A stretch of 40,870 bases of DNA from a virus (IMGVR_UViG_3300046779_000645:1-40870); one strand, 5' to 3'. Numbered from the stretch's first letter, positions 17,541 through 26,560 are shown. The notes: generated from the letters alone by a model not told the origin. Translations and numbers: made by a program.

Positions 17541-17769
17541 AAGTGGCTGCAAAACACAAGACCACGCAAACTGGGGTGAGTGTGCTCGTGCAGCAAATCT
17601 AAGTATTGGCAACGAGCAGGTTAGCGGAGTTCTTAAGAATAACGAAAAAGAATTAACGGCTTATCGTGATGCTCGCAAACTTGGGATACAACCAGCATCA
17701 ACAAGAATGAAAGATATCCAGAAAGCCGTAAGGGTTTCTGAAGCTACTGGAAGGGCAGCGAAAGCGTAA
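17515..17769 (+). CDS. Hypothetical protein with Cys/His cluster
   Basis: CRSGCKTQDHANWGEC and ELTAYRDARKLGIQP; start may be TTG at 17527. Confidence 0.65.
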   Translation: MEITLSKCRSGCKTQDHANWGECARAANLSIGNEQVSGVLKNNEKELTAYRDARKLGIQPASTRMKDIQKAVRVSEATGRAAKA

Positions 17770-18668
17770 TGGCAACATTAAACCAGTTGGTCGAACAGAC
17801 CATTGCAGAAATTGGTTCTTATGTAAAGAACCAGGAATCTGTCACAGTCATTACAACCTCCATGGACAGCGATGACTTAACCGTATCAATCGATGATGCA
17901 TCATCTCTTAGCAAGGGTATTGTTGAGATTGATGAAGAACTTATATATGTAAAGAAGTCAATCAAGGATAGCGGTAGCATCCAGATTCTTGGTGTTGCTG
18001 GTAATCCAGTAGGTCGTGGCTGGCGTGGAACAACAGCAACAAGCCACGTTGCTGGTTCGGTTGTACGCAACAACCCGCTGTTCCCAAAGACTCAGGTCAA
18101 GCGAGCAATCTTAGAAACAATTAAGGGAATGTCATTCCCTGTTATCGCTAATGAAACATTCCAGTTCAATGGGTCTGACTACTCATACATCATGCCAGAT
18201 GCATTGGAAGACATCACTGGTATTTCATGGGATGTACCAGACTCAACGGGAGTATGGCAGATAATTAAAAACTGGCGACTAGATACAAACTACTACGATG
18301 CCACAACAGGAACTACCAAGCAAGCGTTGGTTCTAAAAGAAACCCCTATGCCTGGTCGTGATGTACGAGTTCAGTACACAAAGTTCCCAACAGTTATTAC
18401 TGACAATCAAGAATTAACCGTAAGCGGTCTGCCATCTTCTTGCGAAGATGTAGTCCGACTCGGTGCTATGTATCGTCTACTGTCAACAGTAGATGCAGGA
18501 AAAGTTACCGCAGTATCTGTATCAGCAGATGCTCTCGACCAACCAGTCGCACCTGGCACATCTACCAATGCTGCTAAGTATATTTTCCAGCTTTACACTG
18601 TTCGCTTGGCGGAGGAAATCGCAAAGCAGCAGGCAAACTTCCTAAACACAATCCAGTATACGAGGTAA
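17769..18668 (+). CDS. Putative head-tail adaptor / tail tubular protein
   Basis: 299 aa; MATLNQLVEQT start and LPSSCEDVVRLGAMYRLL C-terminal helix resemble podoviral adaptors; precedes tail fibre. Confidence 0.55.
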   Translation: MATLNQLVEQTIAEIGSYVKNQESVTVITTSMDSDDLTVSIDDASSLSKGIVEIDEELIYVKKSIKDSGSIQILGVAGNPVGRGWRGTTATSHVAGSVVRNNPLFPKTQVKRAILETIKGMSFPVIANETFQFNGSDYSYIMPDALEDITGISWDVPDSTGVWQIIKNWRLDTNYYDATTGTTKQALVLKETPMPGRDVRVQYTKFPTVITDNQELTVSGLPSSCEDVVRLGAMYRLLSTVDAGKVTAVSVSADALDQPVAPGTSTNAAKYIFQLYTVRLAEEIAKQQANFLNTIQYTR

Positions 18669-18671
18669 CGA

Positions 18672-20342
18672 ATGCCAACACCGTCACGTTATTACAGTTC
18701 TACAGCTGCTAAGACAACGCTTTCAAGTTCTGTAGATTCATCAAGCGCAAGCATCTTGCTTGCTGCTCCATCTGGTCTTCCATCCCAGTATCCGTTTACC
18801 CTGATTCTTGAAAAGGATTCGGCTAACGAAGAAATCGTAACGGTCACTGGTCTAGTTGGTTCTTCTTATAGTGTGACTCGCGGTGTTGACGGAAGCACAG
18901 CCAAGGCACACTCAGTCGGAGCAACAGTAGAACACGGCGTATCTGCTCGTGACTATGCCGAGTCTCGTACGCACGAAGTATCAACCAACGCTCACGGTGT
19001 AACTGGAGATGTTGTTGGTACTGGCGGAGCGCAGACACTTACTGGCAAGACACTCACCACAGCAACCCTTGGTTCAATCCTTGATGCTGGTGGATACAAG
19101 ATTACAAACTTAGCAACACCTACATCATCTAGCGATGCTGTACGTAAGGACTTTGCCGATGCTCAGGTAACTGCAGCAGCAAGTTCTGCTACAGCAGCTG
19201 CTACCAGTGCAGCATCCGCTGCAACATCCGCAACAGCAGCAGCCACTTCGGCTGCTAGTGCTGCTACTAGCGCCACTGCAGCAGCCACAAGTGCAGCCTC
19301 GGCAGCCACATCTGCCACCGCTGCAGCTACTAGCGCTGCCAGTGCAGCAACATCAGCCAGCACCATGTTGGCATCTGTTACTGCTGCTGCTACTTCCGCT
19401 GCTTCGGCTTTAGCATCACAGACAGCAGCAGCAACTAGCGCAACCTCAGCTGCAACAAGTGCTACATCCGCAGCTAATAGCGCCACCGCTGCTGCAACAA
19501 GTGCAACTTCTGCTGCTGCATCGGCAACAGCTGCAGCAAACTCTGTAGCATCAATTGCATCGTTTGCAACCGCAGCAGCAACATCTGCAACCAGCGCAGC
19601 CAACTCAGCAACTGCTGCTGCTACTTCTGCAGCCAGTGCTGCAGCAAGCGCAACCGCTGCATCTACATCAGCCTCATCTGCTGCAGCAAGCTTTGTATCG
19701 GTAACTGGTCTTACTGGTTCTGGTATCTTGCGTGACCTTGGAACAATTACCGAGTCTGATACAACTACAACAACTTATCTTAACGTTGCGACGTTAACCG
19801 CATCTGCTCAAGCATCTGCTACTGCTGCTGCAACATCAGCAGCATCTGCTGCTACTAGCGCATCAAGCGCGGAAGCATCTGATATTTCTGCACAGAACTG
19901 GGCTACACAATTAAGCACACCTGTTGCTGGTGGAGAATATTCAGCAAAGTACCATGCACAGGCTGCAGCGACTAGCGCCACAAGCGCTGCCACATCTGCA
20001 TCAAGTGCAGCAACAAGCGCTACCTCAGCAGCAAACTCTGCTAACCAAGCAGCGGTTGTTGTTGCTTCAGCAATTCAAGGAACTCTTATTAACGCTAAGG
20101 GTGACTTGCTTGTTGGTGTTGCAGATGACACAGTCAACAGACTTCCTATTGGAACAGATGGATATCTTCTTACTGCAACGTCATCAACTACATCTGGTAT
20201 CTCATGGGCTCCAGCCCCAGTCAGTCTTCCAAGCCAGACTGGTAACGGAGGAAAGTATTTAACAACCAATGGGTCGACAGCATCATGGGCAACCATTACA
20301 ACAGACCCACTACCACAAATCTTCTTAATGATGGGAGCATAA
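18672..20342 (+). CDS. Tail fibre protein with Ala/Ser/Thr heptad repeats
   Basis: QTLTGKTL, KITNLATPTSSSDAVRK, long ATSAASA repeats, KGDLLVG...RLPIGTDGYLLTA and QTGNGGKYLTTNGSTASW fibre motifs. Confidence 0.8.
   Translation: MPTPSRYYSSTAAKTTLSSSVDSSSASILLAAPSGLPSQYPFTLILEKDSANEEIVTVTGLVGSSYSVTRGVDGSTAKAHSVGATVEHGVSARDYAESRTHEVSTNAHGVTGDVVGTGGAQTLTGKTLTTATLGSILDAGGYKITNLATPTSSSDAVRKDFADAQVTAAASSATAAATSAASAATSATAAATSAASAATSATAAATSAASAATSATAAATSAASAATSASTMLASVTAAATSAASALASQTAAATSATSAATSATSAANSATAAATSATSAAASATAAANSVASIASFATAAATSATSAANSATAAATSAASAAASATAASTSASSAAASFVSVTGLTGSGILRDLGTITESDTTTTTYLNVATLTASAQASATAAATSAASAATSASSAEASDISAQNWATQLSTPVAGGEYSAKYHAQAAATSATSAATSASSAATSATSAANSANQAAVVVASAIQGTLINAKGDLLVGVADDTVNRLPIGTDGYLLTATSSTTSGISWAPAPVSLPSQTGNGGKYLTTNGSTASWATITTDPLPQIFLMMGA
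19170..20050 (+). repeat. Coding repeats of ATAAATS/AASAATS heptads in two blocks
   Basis: Visible 7/14-residue periodicity in the translation; boundaries approximate. Confidence 0.85.
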
Positions 20343-20343
20343 G

Positions 20344-20547
20344 ATGCCAGCATTTGCATTACAACTACGTCGAGGAACCACAGCAGAGCATTCGACATTT
20401 ACAGGTTTGGTTGGAGAGATTACGGTCGATACAACCAAGGACACCATCGTTGTACACGATGGTTCTACCGTTGGTGGAATCCCACTAGCGAAAGCATCAG
20501 AAGCAGGTTCTGGTGGCTTAGACCCTTTCTTACTTATGGGAGCATAA
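20344..20547 (+). CDS. Mini-fibre: major tropism determinant N-terminal-like domain only
   Basis: LQLRRGTTAEHSTFTGLVGEITVDTTKDTIVVHDGSTVGGIPLA; ends LDPFLLMGA*. Confidence 0.7.
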   Translation: MPAFALQLRRGTTAEHSTFTGLVGEITVDTTKDTIVVHDGSTVGGIPLAKASEAGSGGLDPFLLMGA

Positions 20548-20550
20548 ATA

Positions 20551-20877
20551 ATGGCATATAAAGTCTTGGCTCAGGTGAACCCTTCAGCCACAACAGCAAC
20601 AACTCTTTACACAGTACCAGCTTCGTCTGCTGCTGTAATCTCAACAATCACTGTTTGCAACCAAGCAGCAACTGCTGCCACGTATCGCATTGCAGTACGT
20701 CCAGCGGGGGCAACCCTTGCTGCGGTTCACTACATTGCATACGACATTGCAATTGCAGCTAATGACACAACAGCGCTAACGCTTGGTATTACAGTTGCAG
20801 CAACAGATGTAATTACTGTTTACTCATCATCAGCAACACTTTCATTCCACGCATACGGTTCAGACTTAGCACAATAA
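20551..20877 (+). CDS. Small beta-rich virion protein (putative fibre adaptor)
   Basis: 108 aa, AYKVLAQVNPSATTATTLYTVP...; beta-strand pattern; between fibre and lectin genes. Confidence 0.6.
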   Translation: MAYKVLAQVNPSATTATTLYTVPASSAAVISTITVCNQAATAATYRIAVRPAGATLAAVHYIAYDIAIAANDTTALTLGITVAATDVITVYSSSATLSFHAYGSDLAQ

Positions 20878-20889
20878 TCAGGAGATACA

Positions 20890-21651
20890 ATGGCAATCAG
20901 TAGATTTAAGACATCAACGGTAGCTCAAGGGTTGCCAAAGTATCAAGACGTTTGGGATGGAACTACAGACCTATCAGTACAGTCTGGGCTTGTACTAAGT
21001 TTAGATGTTGGCAAAACAGCATCTTATAGTGGCTCAGGTTCAACTTGGACTGACTTAGTATCTGGAACACCTTTTACTCTATACAACTCTCCGACATTTA
21101 CATCTAATGGCGCAAGTAGTTATTTAAGATTTAACGGTAGTAACCAATATGCCGAAGGAAGTGTAGCTGGATTAATCTCAGGTTTATCAGATGCTACATG
21201 TAGCGTCTGGTACAGACCGCTGTCTGTTGATAATGATGCAATGATTTTTGACCATCATACTATCACCTCTGGCGATGTTAGAGATAACTTTAGTATTAGA
21301 CAAGTATGGGGTGGCTCAACTCCACAAACTGCTGGCTATACAGTTAACTCTTCTGGAACTTTTACCTCTGTTAATTTTGAAGCTACAAATAGTTTTCTAA
21401 ACACATGGAGAAACTATACATTAGTCAGGCGAGGTGGTTCTTTTATTTCATTTGTTAATGGAACACAAGCCAACTCAACATCTATTACTGGAACCATTCG
21501 TACATCAAACTTCTTAAGAATTGCTCAAGATGCAATTAATTCAAATCATCTAAACGCTGACTTTGCAGTTGTGCAGACCTGGAACAGAGGTCTTTCCAAT
21601 GCAGAGGTTACACAGCAATTTAATTTCTATAAGGGAAGGTATGGCTACTAA
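20890..21651 (+). CDS. Concanavalin A-like lectin/LamG-domain receptor-binding protein
   Basis: GLVLSLDVGKTASYSGSGSTWTDL, YLRFNGSNQY, WNRGLSNAEVTQQFN signatures. Confidence 0.8.
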   Translation: MAISRFKTSTVAQGLPKYQDVWDGTTDLSVQSGLVLSLDVGKTASYSGSGSTWTDLVSGTPFTLYNSPTFTSNGASSYLRFNGSNQYAEGSVAGLISGLSDATCSVWYRPLSVDNDAMIFDHHTITSGDVRDNFSIRQVWGGSTPQTAGYTVNSSGTFTSVNFEATNSFLNTWRNYTLVRRGGSFISFVNGTQANSTSITGTIRTSNFLRIAQDAINSNHLNADFAVVQTWNRGLSNAEVTQQFNFYKGRYGY

Positions 21652-22244
21652 TGGGAATCCGTAGTTTAAGAACGGCTAGTATAGCTAATGGCGTTAAGCG
21701 GTCTAAGTTTTGGGACCAATCTGCTGAAATATTATATACTGGTTTTTATTCTATTGCAACAGGTCTTGTTGATTCAAGTGGAGCAAGTAGTATTACTTTT
21801 AGTTCTATCCCGCAAACATTTTCACATTTGCAACTTAGGTGTTATAGCCGAAGCGCTGGTACTGGTTCTTTAATGGTTACTTTTAATGGAAGTTCAAGCG
21901 GTTATATAAATACTTGGACGGAAGGTAATGGAGATAATACAAGCGTAACAAGCGGTAGAGAAACTGGAAATGCTGGCATTCTTCTTTACGCAAGTCTTAC
22001 TCAAAGCACTGCAGCAAATTCTTTTGCACACGCCGTAATTGATATTCCTAATTATGCAAATGGAAATATTACAAAAACTTTACGTGCATTAAATGGATTT
22101 GATTTGAATAGCGCAAACCCTAAAGGCTATATAGATTTAGATGGCGGATTTTGGAATAACACAAATCCCATAACTTCAATTACAATTTCAGGTGGGTCGA
22201 ATCTGGCTCAGCATACCAAAATTGCATTATACGGAATAAGGTAG
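21651..22244 (+). CDS. Putative receptor-binding/tail accessory protein, paralog 1
   Basis: SITFSSIPQTFSHLQLR ... IDIPNYAN ... WNNTNPITSITI ... IALYGI. Confidence 0.7.
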   Translation: MGIRSLRTASIANGVKRSKFWDQSAEILYTGFYSIATGLVDSSGASSITFSSIPQTFSHLQLRCYSRSAGTGSLMVTFNGSSSGYINTWTEGNGDNTSVTSGRETGNAGILLYASLTQSTAANSFAHAVIDIPNYANGNITKTLRALNGFDLNSANPKGYIDLDGGFWNNTNPITSITISGGSNLAQHTKIALYGIR

Positions 22245-22250
22245 GTCATC

Positions 22251-22769
22251 ATGGGAGTTACATATACAAACGCACGTGCAGCAACTTATGAACCTATTCA
22301 ATCTTTTGTGTTGGCTAATTCATCAACCGCTACATTTAACTTTACATCTATTCCCTCTACATATACTGATTTAATATTAGTAATGGCTGGTGCTGCTACC
22401 GTTAATGGTAATGCTATATTTATTAACATTAATGCTGACACCAATGGTAACAATTATGGTCTTACAGAAATGGCTGGAAACGGAAGCACAGCTAATTCTC
22501 AAAGACGTACTCAAAATACTGGGTGGGTATTTTGGCAAGGGATGAGTAGTTCGTTTGATAATCTTGTAAAGATAGAAATAAATAATTACTCTAATACCAA
22601 TGGGTATAAAGTTGCTATGCTAAGAAACAATAATGCACAAGTTTATACAGAGGAATTAGTTGGTAGTTGGGCTAATACTTCAGCTATTAACAGAATAGAA
22701 ATCTTTACAACATCGGGCGCATTTTCCGCAGGAACTATGGCAACTTTATATGGAATTAAGGCGGCATAA
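22251..22769 (+). CDS. Putative receptor-binding/tail accessory protein, paralog 2
   Basis: FNFTSIPSTYTDLILV ... INNYSNT ... WANTSAINRIEI ... ATLYGIK. Confidence 0.7.
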   Translation: MGVTYTNARAATYEPIQSFVLANSSTATFNFTSIPSTYTDLILVMAGAATVNGNAIFININADTNGNNYGLTEMAGNGSTANSQRRTQNTGWVFWQGMSSSFDNLVKIEINNYSNTNGYKVAMLRNNNAQVYTEELVGSWANTSAINRIEIFTTSGAFSAGTMATLYGIKAA

Positions 22770-22772
22770 ATA

Positions 22773-23294
22773 ATGGCTAATACATTTGAGTTAATTCAAT
22801 CTCATACTCTTGCTGGAACACAAACTACAGTAACCTTTAGCAGCATTCCACAAACATATAGAGATTTATATTTAGTTATCTGCGGACGACATAATACTAA
22901 TTATGATTATGGAAATGTTGTTGTGTTAGCAACACTAAACGGAGGCAATGCTGGTTTTGCCCAAAAACGACTTTATGGTGGAACGGGTACAGGTTCCGAT
23001 GGATACACCCTGGGAAATGGAACAACCTGGGGATTGCAGCTTGCAGGCAATAATACAACTGCTAATAGTTTTGGTAATGCTATGGTGTATATTGCTAATT
23101 ACTCACAAAGCAGTTACGCTAAAGCAATTTTTATCGACTCTGTTGGATTAAGTGCAGCATCAGGTTGGGAAAATGATTTGTGTGCTAATCACTGGTCAAG
23201 CACTAATGCAATTACAAGTATTGGATTAAGCCCTAGTGGTGGAAGTTTTGTGGCTAATTCAACTTTCTATTTATACGGAATCAAAAACACATAA
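22773..23294 (+). CDS. Putative receptor-binding/tail accessory protein, paralog 3
   Basis: VTFSSIPQTYRDLYLV ... YIANYS ... WSSTNAITSIGL ... FYLYGIK. Confidence 0.7.
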   Translation: MANTFELIQSHTLAGTQTTVTFSSIPQTYRDLYLVICGRHNTNYDYGNVVVLATLNGGNAGFAQKRLYGGTGTGSDGYTLGNGTTWGLQLAGNNTTANSFGNAMVYIANYSQSSYAKAIFIDSVGLSAASGWENDLCANHWSSTNAITSIGLSPSGGSFVANSTFYLYGIKNT

Positions 23295-23305
23295 AGGAGA
23301 AATAA

Positions 23306-23524
23306 ATGGCAGACGTAACAGAAATCAATTGTGAAACAGGCGAAGTTATCGAGCGCGATTATACGCCAGAAGAATTGGCTAATCGTGAAAAGGTAACTAA
23401 AGAGTGGGCTGATGAATTGGCATTACGCGAGCAAGAAAAAACTCGTATTGCTGAGGCTAAAGCATCAGCTGAAGCAAAGCTTGCAGCACTAGGACTTACA
23501 CCAGAGGAGATTGCAGCACTATGA
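23306..23524 (+). CDS. Small tail-associated protein (possible fibre chaperone)
   Basis: EINCETGEVIERDYTPEE ... AKLAALGLTPEEIAAL; AAGGAG RBS. Confidence 0.65.
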   Translation: MADVTEINCETGEVIERDYTPEELANREKVTKEWADELALREQEKTRIAEAKASAEAKLAALGLTPEEIAAL

Positions 23525-23721
23525 TTAAACTAAACAAGAAGCAAACAGCAGCGATTAAGTCATACCTACGTGCAGTGCTTGCATCTGCAATCGTGATGGG
23601 CATTGCCCTATTGACTGACCTTGCTCCACAGTACGCCGTACTTATCGGTGCAGTTGCTGCACCTCTTGCCAAGTGGGCAGATAAGCATGAGGCAGAGTTC
23701 GGAATCGGGTCTAAAGAATAA
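23521..23721 (+). CDS. Putative holin
   Basis: 66 aa, two hydrophobic segments, basic N-terminus, upstream of endolysin. Confidence 0.65.
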   Translation: MIKLNKKQTAAIKSYLRAVLASAIVMGIALLTDLAPQYAVLIGAVAAPLAKWADKHEAEFGIGSKE

Positions 23722-23918
23722 TGAGCACCAACGAATGGGCTGGTATCGCTGTCGCGGTAACCACAATAGTCGCCAGCTTTGCTGGTTCTGTTCGTTGGTT
23801 GGTCAAGCACTACCTTGCTGAACTCAAGCCGAATTCTGGCTCAAGCATGCGTGATTCATTAGACCGTTTAGAACGAAGAGTAGATGAACTATTTACAATT
23901 ATAGCGGGGAAGCAATGA
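23721..23918 (+). CDS. Membrane protein of the lysis cassette
   Basis: One N-terminal TM helix then ELKPNSGSSMRDSLDRLE coiled coil, a pattern common beside actinophage lysins. Confidence 0.65.
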   Translation: MSTNEWAGIAVAVTTIVASFAGSVRWLVKHYLAELKPNSGSSMRDSLDRLERRVDELFTIIAGKQ

Positions 23919-24370
23919 GCTTATTAGATATAGCCAAAGCAGAGATTGGTACTAACGAAGTACCAGTTAACAAGACTAAGTATGGCAAGTGGTATGGATT
24001 GAATGGTCAGCCATGGTGCGCCATGTTTGTTTCATGGTGCTTTAACCAGGCTGGGCTATCTAAGTCTATTGCTGCACAGACACCAAAGGGATTTGCATCT
24101 TGCGATGCAGGACTCAAGTGGTTTGCTAAGAAAAATAAACTTGTACCAGTTGGTCAAGCTAAGCCTGGAGATATTGTTTTCTTTCAGTTCGATGAAGATG
24201 CACAGGCAGACCACGTAGGGATTGTTACCTACAACAATAAGTTAACAAAGAACCTCAACTGCATTGAGGGAAATACATCTAGCGGTAACGCTGGCAGCCA
24301 ATCCAATGGTGATGGCGTATATAAAAGAAAGCGTTCATACTCGCTGGTAATGGCAGTAGCTCGTCCATAG
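23915..24370 (+). CDS. Endolysin catalytic domain, CHAP/NlpC-P60-like amidase
   Basis: PWCAMFVSWC (catalytic Cys), PGDIVFF, DHVGIV (His), IEGNT; no cell-wall-binding domain in this ORF. Confidence 0.88.
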   Translation: MSLLDIAKAEIGTNEVPVNKTKYGKWYGLNGQPWCAMFVSWCFNQAGLSKSIAAQTPKGFASCDAGLKWFAKKNKLVPVGQAKPGDIVFFQFDEDAQADHVGIVTYNNKLTKNLNCIEGNTSSGNAGSQSNGDGVYKRKRSYSLVMAVARP

Positions 24371-24384
24371 TATAAGGAGTAAGC

Positions 24385-26292
24385 GTGGCAACAAATAACA
24401 AAGCACTTGTTGGTGACCTTCCGATTATCCTTAGCCAGTCGATTCCGACTGCGCTTGTAAAGTATAAGCGAGAAGACTTTGCAGCAAGCTATGCTATTGG
24501 CAATACTCCATGGCTATCTGCAGCCAATGACCAGAACCGTATTAGTCGTATCACGACTACATACCAGAAAGAACGTATTGACCAGGGCTCATCTGCTGGT
24601 GAAAACTCTTTGTCTAACTGGTGGCTTCGGTCTGCTACATCATGGCACAACGGTGCAGGTGAACGTTACTACGATGCCAACGATTCAGACCTCTACCGAT
24701 TCTATGAATCAAACAACATAGATGTATGGAGCACTGGAGAACTTACACTTCTCAAGGCAACAACAAATCTTTCTACCGCAGCTGTATCCAACCCAGTAAC
24801 TGTAAGTGGTGGAACATTCTATATTGAAAGTTCAACATTAAAGTTCTACAACCAAACAACTAACACATCAACAAGCATTGCTTTAACTGGTGGTGCTACA
24901 CCACACAAGTTAACAACAGATGGTATCTATGCCATCGTTGGTGCAAGCGATGGTATCTATGATGTAACTACCGCTGGAGCTGTACGTAAACTTTGGGACT
25001 TACCTACATACGCAGCACCATCATGGACGGTGCAGTCTATTGCATATGTCAAGGAACGTATTATCGTTGGAGCATTAGAAGGTACTACTGAAGTTGGTAT
25101 CTATGAAGCCAGCCGTGTGTATCAAACCCCAACACCTAAGCTTGACTCAAGTCATGAGCGATGGGATACAGCAAACACATCTACAGTAGTTAACTCAATT
25201 ACTGAATTCAATTCAGCAATTGTTGTCGGCTATACACAGGGAGTTATATCTCGCGTGTTGTCATTTGCTATTGATGAGGCATCACCACTTGCTGCAATCA
25301 AAGACCCAATCGTTATTGCAGAACTACCACGTGGTGAAACACTCAACCAGATTAGGTCTTACCTAAGCGAGTTCGTGGTGCTTGCCACATCTGCTGGTTT
25401 ACGTATCGGCACACAATCTACCGACGGTCTTAGCTTTACATATGGACCACTTATTATTACAAGCCCTATCGCTGACGTTGCATTCAATGATGCATATATC
25501 TATGCGGTTAAAAACGTAGACAGTACATCTGGACTATGGCGCATTGACCTTGGCACACCAGTCGGAAATGGATATGCGTATGCTGCTGACATAACAATCA
25601 GCGGTGGTTCAGCAACTGGTGTTGCCTTTATTGGTAACAGTGGTCGCAAGTTTATTACAGCAACAAGCGGTGCTTGGCTAGAATCAGCAACAGTGCTAGC
25701 AGAAACTGGATACCTAAAGTCTGGCTGGATTCGCTGGGGTACTGCAGAAAAGAAGCAGCCAGTATCTATTGCTATTCGTGCTACAGGAGCAGGCGGAACA
25801 GTTAACTTTACGGTTGAAGACCAAGAAGGTCGCTCATCTGGTATTGGTTCTGTCCCATTGACAGGGTCTAATGACGTGCAGTTATCTGCTGCACTGCAAC
25901 CAGCAGACCACTTTGAAATTACCGTAACACTTAACCGCAGTACCAGTAACACATCTGTCGGACCAATCCTAGAAGAGTGGCAGTGTCGTGCATTGCCAGC
26001 ACCTCTACGTTCAAGAACTATTACAGTTCCACTGTTGTGCTATGAAGAAGAGCGTGACTCTAATGGAGTCACTCGTGTCTCATCACCAGCAGAGAGAGTC
26101 AAGTACCTAGAACGTATTGAGCAGAACGGTGGAGCAGTCTTGTTCCAAGACTTCTCATGGGAAGAAGAACGTGTATGCACCATTCGTGCTATTCAGTTTG
26201 AGCAGAACTCGCCACCACCATTTGCCAGTGGCTTTGGTGGAATTGTTACCGTTCAATTGCAAACAATTGATACGGAGCAGGCGATTCAGTAA
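24385..26292 (+). CDS. Putative tail nozzle/tubular protein (beta-propeller-like)
   Basis: 635 aa beta-rich; AAGGAG RBS with GTG start; IDVWSTGELTLL and GYLKSGWIRWGT; function inferred. Confidence 0.55.
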   Translation: MATNNKALVGDLPIILSQSIPTALVKYKREDFAASYAIGNTPWLSAANDQNRISRITTTYQKERIDQGSSAGENSLSNWWLRSATSWHNGAGERYYDANDSDLYRFYESNNIDVWSTGELTLLKATTNLSTAAVSNPVTVSGGTFYIESSTLKFYNQTTNTSTSIALTGGATPHKLTTDGIYAIVGASDGIYDVTTAGAVRKLWDLPTYAAPSWTVQSIAYVKERIIVGALEGTTEVGIYEASRVYQTPTPKLDSSHERWDTANTSTVVNSITEFNSAIVVGYTQGVISRVLSFAIDEASPLAAIKDPIVIAELPRGETLNQIRSYLSEFVVLATSAGLRIGTQSTDGLSFTYGPLIITSPIADVAFNDAYIYAVKNVDSTSGLWRIDLGTPVGNGYAYAADITISGGSATGVAFIGNSGRKFITATSGAWLESATVLAETGYLKSGWIRWGTAEKKQPVSIAIRATGAGGTVNFTVEDQEGRSSGIGSVPLTGSNDVQLSAALQPADHFEITVTLNRSTSNTSVGPILEEWQCRALPAPLRSRTITVPLLCYEEERDSNGVTRVSSPAERVKYLERIEQNGGAVLFQDFSWEEERVCTIRAIQFEQNSPPPFASGFGGIVTVQLQTIDTEQAIQ

Positions 26293-26510
26293 TGGAAGAG
26301 AACAAGTTAATATCACTAGTATCACCAGGTGAAAGAAGTGAGTTAGTCAATAAGGTTAGGCTAGCTCTTAATGTTGCTGGCGATGACGTGTTGGATGCTC
26401 CTCTAGCCGAAGTGCTTAAGGGTTTGCAGCACCAACTTTCCATCCCAGCAGTCGGGTGCATCAATATAGCCACGCTGGATGCGCTCGCAGTTGCTCCACC
26501 AGAATGGTAG
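26292..26510 (+). CDS. Stand-alone peptidoglycan-binding-domain-like protein
   Basis: PGERSELVNKVRLAL...LKGLQHQLSIPAVGCINIATLDAL fits a degenerate three-helix PG_binding_1 pattern. Confidence 0.5.
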   Translation: MEENKLISLVSPGERSELVNKVRLALNVAGDDVLDAPLAEVLKGLQHQLSIPAVGCINIATLDALAVAPPEW

Positions 26511-26516
26511 GGCGAG

Positions 26517-26560
26517 AAGAGAGGGGGAATCAGAAATGGTTCCCCCTCTTTTTTTATTTT
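26517..26560. terminator. Intrinsic terminator ending the structural operon (possibly bidirectional)
   Basis: AGAGGGGGAATC-AGAAATG-GTTCCCCCTCT followed by TTTTTTATTTT; convergent with a minus-strand gene. Confidence 0.85.

Noticed and set aside
4195-20398. Numerous long minus-strand ORFs opposite the structural genes (e.g. 4435-5016, 13195-13599, 19163-19603)
   Set aside because: Antisense shadows of low-complexity or biased-codon genes; no RBS or motif support noticed
20344-23294. Diversity-generating retroelement suggested by the Mtd-like N-terminal domain
   Set aside because: No reverse transcriptase and no template/variable repeat pair differing at adenines was seen
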